In this document: in pieces, positions 35,480-41,525 of the stretch | Layout: the number at the start of each line of letters is the position of its first letter | Numbering within the stretch: the first letter of the stretch is position 1 | Virus record (IMG/VR): IMGVR_UViG_3300044267_000733 | Span: 1 to 41,525 of that record | DNA from: a virus | Lineage: Duplodnaviria > Caudoviricetes | Reading direction: 5' to 3' (one strand) | Length of the DNA: 41,525 nt | Made by a program: the position numbers and the translations under genes | Notes under the pieces: generated by a model | Database searches by the model: none | The model's input: the letters and a program-made list of their open reading frames with translations, nothing else | Told to the model about the DNA's origin: nothing

Positions 35480-36460
35480 TTAAGGGCAATGAGATGCCAT
35501 TTCTGAATTAACGTGAATTGGTTCAATCCATTTTAAAATTTTCTTTTCTCGTTTTGACCCAACTAAATAAGTATGCCAATGACCCCTTCTCCAATGAGAA
35601 GCCACTGGCGAGCCTTCGCTGTCATCAGATTTTAATCTATTTCTAGACTTACTAATAAATTCTTTTCCAATCCATACATTGTTTCTTGCTTGTTTTTGTT
35701 TACCAAGATCACGAAAGCTATGACCTGAAATTATGGGCAATGGCTTTGATTCAGAAAGCAATTCTGGTTTGTAAGCCATTGTAAGTAATGAATGAACAAC
35801 TATCTGCTGCATTTTCATGCAAGCAGCTTGAGTTTTTGTCTCATAGCCCTGCACACAATATGGGTCTAAGTGCGGCTTTGAGTGGTGCAGATCCTTCCAA
35901 GATGATGTATTAATAATTGAACTGCCGTAATTACTAAACCCAAAAATATAAATACCATCAAATCCATCCATTACAAGCTCTATGCCTTGTCTAGCACAGG
36001 CTCGTTTAAAACACATTCCTGTCATGACTAGCAATCCGTCAAGAGACTGATCCCAATCATCAAACAACAAATCTTTTGGCAAGTTGATAATGAAATGTTC
36101 TAAAGCTATAGGAGGTTTAATAATTCCTTTAGTGGAAGTTTTTAAAAAAGCTTCGCCAAGATTTCTTGAAATATGTCTTACAGGAGAATCGAAATGGAGC
36201 GCGTAACTTGATGCGACACAAGTTTCTTTATCGCATTGATGACCGAAACGCATTGCTTGTGGCAAAGCCATTTCGTAATACATTAAGTGACCAAGTAGTT
36301 CTCTCCAAGGGGTAAATCCTGAAGGTGCAGAATATAGTTTTTGTTTTTCTTTGAATAGTTTGTTTTTAGAAATCAAACTAAGTCCTTGTCTAAAAATGAC
36401 TCTACCTTTTGTAATTTGTTCTGGCGATAAAAGTCGGGCTGGAATTGATTCTATTTTCAT
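35480..36460 (-). CDS. HxRRGHW-motif protein (AcrVA2/FinQ-like C-terminus)
   Basis: SHWRRGHWH...KWIEPIHVN; 326 aa. Confidence 0.65.
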   Translation of the reverse strand: MKIESIPARLLSPEQITKGRVIFRQGLSLISKNKLFKEKQKLYSAPSGFTPWRELLGHLMYYEMALPQAMRFGHQCDKETCVASSYALHFDSPVRHISRNLGEAFLKTSTKGIIKPPIALEHFIINLPKDLLFDDWDQSLDGLLVMTGMCFKRACARQGIELVMDGFDGIYIFGFSNYGSSIINTSSWKDLHHSKPHLDPYCVQGYETKTQAACMKMQQIVVHSLLTMAYKPELLSESKPLPIISGHSFRDLGKQKQARNNVWIGKEFISKSRNRLKSDDSEGSPVASHWRRGHWHTYLVGSKREKKILKWIEPIHVNSEMASHCP

Positions 36461-36564
36461 TTGAGTTTTGTTTTTTTGGGTTTAGGTTGTTTCCAGAATT
36501 GTATCAATCGCTCTAATTCAGCGATTCTTGTTTCAGCGTTTTTTATTTTTTCTGTTGTGTTCAT
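36457..36564 (-). CDS. 35-aa protein (MNTTEKIKNAETRIAELERLIQFWK...)
   Basis: ATGA overlaps at both ends; not in the ORF track. Confidence 0.75.
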   Translation of the reverse strand: MNTTEKIKNAETRIAELERLIQFWKQPKPKKTKLK

Positions 36565-36830
36565 ATCGGGTAATCCTTGGGGTCGATGACTTCAACACGT
36601 TCTTCAGGTTCATTTGATCGGGCGAGGTTTCGATGTTTTACGCCCTGATAACCTTTTGGGAATCGTGATTTTGCATTGTTGCAATCGTCCTCCACAGTTT
36701 GCCATCCGTCCGTTTTCTTGTCGAGATCGGTCAGACTCCACATTTTGCGGTCAGGGTTTGCAGGGTTTGGCTTTTGCAATCCCGCTTTTAAGGTTCTTAC
36801 AAGTGAACCTAAATCAACTAATCTTTCCAT
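36561..36830 (-). CDS. Hypothetical protein
   Basis: Coupled ORF within the operon. Confidence 0.75.
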   Translation of the reverse strand: MERLVDLGSLVRTLKAGLQKPNPANPDRKMWSLTDLDKKTDGWQTVEDDCNNAKSRFPKGYQGVKHRNLARSNEPEERVEVIDPKDYPI

Positions 36831-37446
36831 CGTCCTTATAAGAAAGTTCGTTTACGATATTTAAATTAGGCCAGTTTTGTTCGCTTGCTTTAAATACTTT
36901 TGACGCGGGATGATTAACAACTGGTTCTTCTTTTTTAAAGAATTTTTTGTCGTTTGGTTTGTAAACGTCTTTGTAACCCCCGATTATTGCCATTTCTAGC
37001 GCCCTAATCTGTTCATCAAGGGTAAACGATCTCAAAGTCTTAAAGATGCGTTGCGCGACCTTTTCGCTACAAGTTGCCTTTTTTTTATGTCTTATCGGCC
37101 ACCATTCAACAATTAAATCGGCGTGTCTTTGTAGATCATCAGGAATTAATTCTTTTTTGATCTTGGGAGAAGAAAAAGGGTCAATTTTTTTCTTTTCCTT
37201 ATTCTTATTAATAGATTCTATATTAGAGAATTTATCTGCGCTCTCTTGTTTTTTTTCTTTTGTTTTTTCTGGCGAACTTTGTTCGCTTGATAAATTCAGG
37301 GTAACATACGGTGTCAACCCCTTTGATGTTCGATAAAGTAGATCGTTGATGAATGTAGACATAGTCTGATGTTCTGGTTTAATTGGTTCTAAAAGAGCGA
37401 CAATTTGTGGCTTAATTTGTACACGAATTGGTTTGTTTGTGGTCAT
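36814..37446 (-). CDS. RHH-domain protein with a replication-initiator-like C-terminal region (putative)
   Basis: IRVQI strand plus two helices; K/E linker; helical C-domain (EWW..R..K, A.E.AI..GY). Confidence 0.6.
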   Translation of the reverse strand: MTTNKPIRVQIKPQIVALLEPIKPEHQTMSTFINDLLYRTSKGLTPYVTLNLSSEQSSPEKTKEKKQESADKFSNIESINKNKEKKKIDPFSSPKIKKELIPDDLQRHADLIVEWWPIRHKKKATCSEKVAQRIFKTLRSFTLDEQIRALEMAIIGGYKDVYKPNDKKFFKKEEPVVNHPASKVFKASEQNWPNLNIVNELSYKDDGKIS

Positions 37447-37466
37447 AATTGGTTTAATTCATCCAC

Positions 37467-37494
37467 ACAATGGCACAAAATGGCAGGCTGTCAA
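37467..37494 (-). promoter_or_regulatory. Possible promoter for the replication operon
   Basis: TTGACA, 16 nt, extended -10 TGc-CATTGT; overlapped by a repeated ATGGCA. Confidence 0.4.
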
Positions 37495-37504
37495 TATTCA
37501 ATAT

Positions 37505-37651
37505 TTAATATTTGTTCATATTCTCATTATTGAAATTGCAACGATGTTTTTTAAGATCGACTTCGACCCATTCTTTGCCGTTATAAACAATCCATAATTG
37601 CCTTTTGACGTCAAATTCACATCGACCTGTTTTTGGTTTTTCTTCTTCCAT
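37505..37651 (-). CDS. 48-aa hypothetical protein (MEEEKPKTGRCEFD...)
   Basis: TAATG coupling; not in the ORF track. Confidence 0.7.
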   Translation of the reverse strand: MEEEKPKTGRCEFDVKRQLWIVYNGKEWVEVDLKKHRCNFNNENMNKY

Positions 37652-37833
37652 TATTCGACTTTGTATTCTTTTGACGCTTCATCTTCGCAAACATCGCGCA
37701 AAAGACAAGAAAGAGTTTTTCCTTCAATAATCGCGCGTGTCTGTAATTCTTTTTTTGTTGCGGGTTTAACAAGTACCTGAATCAGTTCAGAATACTTGTC
37801 GGCGTCCGCTGTTCCCTTTTCCCTATTAGCCAT
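37651..37833 (-). CDS. Ribbon-helix-helix-like DNA-binding protein
   Basis: IQVLV strand, helix, EGKTLSCLLRD; AGGAGG SD before ATG 37833. Confidence 0.75.
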   Translation of the reverse strand: MANREKGTADADKYSELIQVLVKPATKKELQTRAIIEGKTLSCLLRDVCEDEASKEYKVE

Positions 37834-37835
37834 TG

Positions 37836-38171
37836 TTAGTCCTCCTCCCATATTGGGTATTGTGATTCTTTAAATTCAGGCAATTTTGGAAAGCCTGAAA
37901 TAAGGTTTAGTTGTTGAACATTTTTAAGTTCTCTGTAGTCTCTAATAACTACACCCGCCCGCCAAACTTTGTTCTTGCTTCCGTATTTAGGCCATTTGAT
38001 GTCTTTCTGTTGTGCTTCCCATCTATCGGCAACATAAGCGGCTCTTTCGTCTTGTTGTTCTTCTGTTTCGTTTGGTAGCCTTTCGATAATGTCAACAAAT
38101 TCAAAAGAATTTGGGTCAAAACTGAATGACCCGATTTGTTCTTTGTAAATCAAATAAAGTTTATTTGTCAT
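37836..38171 (-). CDS. Hypothetical protein
   Basis: AAGGAG SD; clean ORF. Confidence 0.8.
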   Translation of the reverse strand: MTNKLYLIYKEQIGSFSFDPNSFEFVDIIERLPNETEEQQDERAAYVADRWEAQQKDIKWPKYGSKNKVWRAGVVIRDYRELKNVQQLNLISGFPKLPEFKESQYPIWEED

Positions 38172-38183
38172 TGTTTTTTCTCC

Positions 38184-38426
38184 TTAGAAATCAATTGCCA
38201 TTGCTTGAGCAAGATGTCTCAAGAAATGATGAATGTCGCCGTTTAAGCAATCAATCTGTCTTATGATCGCTTCGATCTTTTTAGCTTCTTCGCCTTGAGT
38301 TCTCTTGATCTTGGCGATAACCATATCAGTTTCAATCAAATTCATTGTTCCGTTAGGAGCAGCGATTTCGTAAACCTGATTGTCAAGGTCTTTTTCGTTG
38401 AAGTAGCGATTGAAGAAAGTGTTCAT
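38184..38426 (-). CDS. Hypothetical early protein
   Basis: First gene of cassette P4. Confidence 0.85.
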   Translation of the reverse strand: MNTFFNRYFNEKDLDNQVYEIAAPNGTMNLIETDMVIAKIKRTQGEEAKKIEAIIRQIDCLNGDIHHFLRHLAQAMAIDF

Positions 38427-38454
38427 TGGTTTGATTTGTTTTGCTTACATTCCT

Positions 38455-38483
38455 ATTATAATAGAATTAATTAAGTATGTCAA
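38455..38483 (-). promoter_or_regulatory. Consensus sigma70 promoter, cassette P4
   Basis: TTGACA-17 nt-TATAAT; leader AAACAAATCAAACCAATG. Confidence 0.92.
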
Positions 38484-38492
38484 CTATTAAAT

Positions 38493-38517
38493 AAAAAAAA
38501 AGGCTAATCATTTAGCC
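38493..38517 (-). terminator. Rho-independent terminator
   Basis: GGCTAA-ATGA-TTAGCC plus a T run on the minus strand. Confidence 0.75.
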
Positions 38518-38680
38518 CGTATTTTTCACATAATTTTTGAAGTTTCTTGCTTGGTCGATAAGTGTATTGTTCAACGAATCCATCAGCATAAAGATTTTCA
38601 ATGCGAACTCTACCATTTTTTAGTTGAGTTCTTTTTTCTTCGATGATGACGATTCTTTCGCCTAAATCATTTTGTCTCAT
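38504..38680 (-). CDS. 58-aa hypothetical early protein (MRQNDLGERIVII...)
   Basis: First gene of cassette P5; not in the ORF track. Confidence 0.8.
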   Translation of the reverse strand: MRQNDLGERIVIIEEKRTQLKNGRVRIENLYADGFVEQYTYRPSKKLQKLCEKYGLND

Positions 38681-38706
38681 TGGTTTGCTTTGTTTGGTAC
38701 ATTTTA

Positions 38707-38735
38707 ATTATAATATAATTAAAAGATATTGTCAA
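38707..38735 (-). promoter_or_regulatory. Consensus sigma70 promoter, cassette P5
   Basis: TTGACA-17 nt-TATAAT; leader AAACAAAGCAAACCAATG. Confidence 0.92.
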
Positions 38736-38744
38736 CAGGCTTAA

Positions 38745-38990
38745 TTAAAAGCCTGTAATAAATTTATGTTTATCGTCAATATCTTTGCTTCCCATTTCAA
38801 TCGGCCATTCTGTAACCCAAGCATCGCCAACAATTGGTGTCTTTGGTGTTTCTACCATTTGAACCCAAACATAACCTTCACGTGCGGGTCTATCCATAAC
38901 AGCATCATCAAGAACTTTTGCTCTGAAGCAATTTCCGCAATGCTCAAATCCTTTTGCATTTTCACACCAAACTAATTTTTGAGTTTTCAT
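38745..38990 (-). CDS. Hypothetical early protein
   Basis: AGGAGG SD; downstream of P6. Confidence 0.82.
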   Translation of the reverse strand: MKTQKLVWCENAKGFEHCGNCFRAKVLDDAVMDRPAREGYVWVQMVETPKTPIVGDAWVTEWPIEMGSKDIDDKHKFITGF

Positions 38991-39013
38991 AAATCCTCCT
39001 TAAGAACAATTCT

Positions 39014-39042
39014 ATTATAATAGAATTAATTAGATATGTCAA
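39014..39042 (-). promoter_or_regulatory. Consensus sigma70 promoter, cassette P6
   Basis: TTGACA-17 nt-TATAAT; the -10 lies within the perfect palindrome 39008-39027. Confidence 0.92.
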
Positions 39043-39094
39043 CAAATTCATTTGACTAATTTGGTAAAATATAAAAACTACAAAACAAACTCTT

Positions 39095-39313
39095 ATGGCA
39101 ATTCTAGTCGGGCAAAAATATGCAATCGGGCAATCAGTAAAAAAAATTTCCTACACCTCATCAGCAATTCCCCCACGCTATCGCAACGGCAAAATAACAG
39201 AAGTATTTACAAAAACAAACAGCGCAGGCTCAGTTAATTACTATTACAAAGTTTTATGGGATGACAGTAGAAGATCAGAACACGCGCAACATTCACTTCG
39301 ACCTTTAGATTAA
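39095..39313 (+). CDS. 72-aa SH3/Tudor-like small beta protein, opposite strand
   Basis: Y.IGQ.V, G.ITEV and Y.V.WDD pattern; TGG-TAAAAT upstream. Confidence 0.7.
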   Translation: MAILVGQKYAIGQSVKKISYTSSAIPPRYRNGKITEVFTKTNSAGSVNYYYKVLWDDSRRSEHAQHSLRPLD

Positions 39314-39547
39314 TATTTCTTGCGGGATTTTATTCTGACCAATTGTTCTAAATTTTCTGAATCTTTTGCTTTCTACTTCACGAAACATTTCAACGTGCGT
39401 GACACATTCTTGAAATTCAACAAGTCCTTCAAAAACTCCGCATCTTAAATAAAGATCAGATCGACCTTTTATTGGAAAAAAGTCAACCTGATAAGAGCCA
39501 CATGGCGAAAGTAAAGAAGGCGTTTCAATCATCGAAAATGTCATCAT
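39305..39547 (-). CDS. Hypothetical protein
   Basis: ORF within the operon; L.SPCG.Y.VDFFP. Confidence 0.7.
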   Translation of the reverse strand: MMTFSMIETPSLLSPCGSYQVDFFPIKGRSDLYLRCGVFEGLVEFQECVTHVEMFREVESKRFRKFRTIGQNKIPQEILI

Positions 39548-39668
39548 CCTCTAAATCGTATTCGTGATTAAAAAACTTGTCATCTTCATCGCCATATATA
39601 TCGCGTATTGCCTGCGCTTCTCTTTGGCTATCAAGCGCGGCTTGATGATTGTGTAAAAAACTATCCAT
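39525..39668 (-). CDS. 47-aa very acidic protein (MDSFLHNHQAALD...DDDIFDD)
   Basis: AAGGAGG SD; 16 of 47 residues are D/E; not in the ORF track. Confidence 0.78.
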   Translation of the reverse strand: MDSFLHNHQAALDSQREAQAIRDIYGDEDDKFFNHEYDLEDDDIFDD

Positions 39669-39680
39669 TGTTAGCCCTCC

Positions 39681-39998
39681 TTAGTAGTGACAAGGTGCGC
39701 CAACATAGTTCCAATCCAATTCGTCTCCTTCTTCCATCGCCATATCTTCAGGGGTCATGTAATTGTGATTGTGGCAGAACTTGTCGCCGTCCCAACCTTC
39801 GATAACATTATCGAATTTTTGTATGCCTTCTAACTTCATAAAGAAATCAAAAGCATCAAGTCTTATCTCGTATTGAATGTTGCCGTATTTCATTTCGACA
39901 AAGTATCCAAACTCGTCTCCTTCTTTGTATTCAAAGTAGTAGTTTGTGTTGTTTAGATTACGTCCAAATTCGATTGTGAAAGTTTTTTGGAATAACAT
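39681..39998 (-). CDS. Acidic hypothetical early protein
   Basis: First gene of cassette P7. Confidence 0.85.
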   Translation of the reverse strand: MLFQKTFTIEFGRNLNNTNYYFEYKEGDEFGYFVEMKYGNIQYEIRLDAFDFFMKLEGIQKFDNVIEGWDGDKFCHNHNYMTPEDMAMEEGDELDWNYVGAPCHY

Positions 39999-40025
39999 TT
40001 GTTTGATTGGTTTGCTTACAACTTA

Positions 40026-40054
40026 ATTATAATATAATTAAATAATATTGTCAA
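40026..40054 (-). promoter_or_regulatory. Consensus sigma70 promoter, cassette P7
   Basis: TTGACA-17 nt-TATAAT; leader AAACCAATCAAACAAATG. Confidence 0.92.
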
Positions 40055-40283
40055 CTGTTTTGAAAACTAATTCTTTTGTTCCTCTGATCTCCCATCTGCT
40101 GAAATGTTGAATGTCTGTATTAGCTGCGATTAATGCTTCAGCGTATCTTGTCGCTAATGCTTCAGCGTAACCGCCGTCAATAAATCTTTGAACGATTTGT
40201 TTTTGTGTGAACCACTTTCCGCAATCCATAGCGGCGAATATTCCTTGGATAACTCTTTTTGCTCTTGGTCTTTCAAAGTTCAT
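40038..40283 (-). CDS. Hypothetical early protein (possibly HTH-like)
   Basis: First gene of cassette P8; its 3' end overlaps the P7 -35 box. Confidence 0.8.
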   Translation of the reverse strand: MNFERPRAKRVIQGIFAAMDCGKWFTQKQIVQRFIDGGYAEALATRYAEALIAANTDIQHFSRWEIRGTKELVFKTVDNII

Positions 40284-40309
40284 TGGTTTGCTTTGTTTGA
40301 TTCAATTTA

Positions 40310-40338
40310 ATCCTAATATAATTAATTAGGTTTGTCAA
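40310..40338 (-). promoter_or_regulatory. sigma70 promoter variant, cassette P8
   Basis: TTGACA-17 nt-TAGGAT; leader AAACAAAGCAAACCAATG. Confidence 0.82.
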
Positions 40339-40625
40339 CTATTTTTATTTTTATCTTTCCAATGTTGTAATTCAAAATCAAATCTTGCAAGCATTATCAA
40401 TTGTTCTTCTCTTGTATATTGCGCCAATATCTGCGCCTGTTCTTTTCCTGAAAACTTTTTCATCAACCACGGCTCTTGAAAAAATAATTGTTTCTGCATT
40501 TTTATCAAACAATCAAGAACAGCTTCGCGCTGTTCATCGGTCATGTTTTCTGTTATGCGTAAAAACTGTTGTTCAGCTTTGCGCGATGTTTCTTCATCCC
40601 CGCTTGAGAATCTATATCTTTTCAT
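40335..40625 (-). CDS. Hypothetical helical protein
   Basis: Coupled ORF (4-nt overlap). Confidence 0.78.
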   Translation of the reverse strand: MKRYRFSSGDEETSRKAEQQFLRITENMTDEQREAVLDCLIKMQKQLFFQEPWLMKKFSGKEQAQILAQYTREEQLIMLARFDFELQHWKDKNKNS

Positions 40626-40987
40626 TTATATTTGCCCTCCCATTCGTTATATTCATCAAACATATACCCATCAGAATTTGCACCTTCGCGAACAGCCGCA
40701 AGCGCCGCATCCCGAACATTTTCTTCAACCATTTCTGCAAGTACTTTTAAACTTTTCAAAGAATCAATCTTACGTTCAACTTGTGAAAGTCTTTTTGATG
40801 CGTTTTCATAACCATCTTGTAGATCGCGCGTTGCTTCTTGAAGTTCCCCATCTGCAATAATCTTTTGCGCGTGATTGATACGATTAATAGGGGCGCTTTT
40901 TAAATGCTCAGTTTGTCTTGCAATACGCCCACCAATAACCAAAGAAAGTAATTGATTTAATGATTTCAGTTGTTCTTGATCTTTCAT
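40622..40987 (-). CDS. Hypothetical coiled-coil protein
   Basis: GGAGG SD; ATGA coupling. Confidence 0.8.
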   Translation of the reverse strand: MKDQEQLKSLNQLLSLVIGGRIARQTEHLKSAPINRINHAQKIIADGELQEATRDLQDGYENASKRLSQVERKIDSLKSLKVLAEMVEENVRDAALAAVREGANSDGYMFDEYNEWEGKYK

Positions 40988-41109
40988 GTATCCTCCGAAA
41001 AAATAAGGGTTACAGTTTCATCATTGCTTGATTTTTCGTCTACATCCCAATCATAAGGACATTCGTTATCAAGCAACCATTCAAAAAGTTTTGATCTGTC
41101 TAGTCTCAT
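40984..41109 (-). CDS. 41-aa acidic protein (MRLDRSKLFEWLLDNECPYDWD...)
   Basis: ATGA coupling at both ends; not in the ORF track. Confidence 0.75.
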   Translation of the reverse strand: MRLDRSKLFEWLLDNECPYDWDVDEKSSNDETVTLIFSEDT

Positions 41110-41234
41110 CGCAATACTTCACAAGCCGCTTGAATACCCGCTGCACAATCGTTGCGGGTCATGTCTGTTAATGCACTGTCGAATCCTAAAAAGAAGATTC
41201 CTGTCGCGCACATAACCATGAAGAAATTTGTCAT
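41106..41234 (-). CDS. 42-aa membrane-anchored peptide with DMT..DC.AG..AAC motif
   Basis: AAGGAG SD; ATGA coupling; hydrophobic N-terminus and a Cys pair. Confidence 0.78.
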   Translation of the reverse strand: MTNFFMVMCATGIFFLGFDSALTDMTRNDCAAGIQAACEVLR

Positions 41235-41515
41235 CGTGCTAACTCCTTAGTTCTCCTAGTCCAATCATGTTCGCACCAAGGCTTGTCAGTTCCCATACCG
41301 CGATATGGAATAACGTGCTTAGGCATATATTGAAGAATTGCAATCCATTCTTTCAATAAATCATCATTTGTCTGATTTTTGTAATCATAGTGATAATCCA
41401 AAAGACCTTTTTCTTTCAAAATCTTTCCAACTTTGATATAGGTTTTTGGATAGTGGGCGGCAATACCTCTAAGTTCATGACGAAATTCATGATGATGCCA
41501 ATAAATTTTTTCCAT
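41231..41515 (-). CDS. Hypothetical early protein, first gene of cassette P1
   Basis: Its promoter lies at 147-175 across the circular junction. Confidence 0.82.
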   Translation of the reverse strand: MEKIYWHHHEFRHELRGIAAHYPKTYIKVGKILKEKGLLDYHYDYKNQTNDDLLKEWIAILQYMPKHVIPYRGMGTDKPWCEHDWTRRTKELAR

Positions 41516-41525
41516 TTGGTTTACT
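41398..41525. repeat. Terminal direct repeat (right copy)
   Basis: Matches 1-128 with one mismatch. Confidence 0.97.

Noticed and set aside
36900-37300. Iteron origin inside the putative initiator gene
   Set aside because: Only A/T tracts encoding Lys/Glu were seen; no regular iterons.
38426-40338. CRISPR-like mini-array
   Set aside because: The repeats are promoter cassettes separated by whole genes; no cas genes are present.

Overview
This window is an apparently complete, circularly closed tailed-phage genome of about 41.4 kb. Positions 1-128 repeat at 41398-41525, giving a unit length of 41,397 bp. It has a lambda-like siphovirus tail tip (M, L, K, I, J). Low GC and several small conserved proteins suggest a marine picocyanobacterial host; this is inference from recalled families, not a database result. 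The + strand (205-29970) carries a ParB-DNA methyltransferase, terminase, portal, MuF, head, neck, tail and multiple fibre genes. A mixed-strand block of membrane and secreted proteins follows (29003-32427). A - strand arm carries recombination/replication genes and small early genes (32399-41515). I recognised no integrase, DNA polymerase, primase, helicase, endolysin, tRNA or CRISPR array. Main observations: (1) the MuF minor head protein is fused to a zeta-toxin-like P-loop kinase, with a candidate immunity gene; (2) eight near-identical sigma70 promoter cassettes drive small genes, two of them inside the head module; (3) an unannotated A-AAA-AAG -1 frameshift with a hairpin would add a zinc finger to a small coiled-coil protein; (4) an envelope module contains a TolC-half-like protein; (5) one protein has an AcrVA2/FinQ-like HxRRGHW motif.
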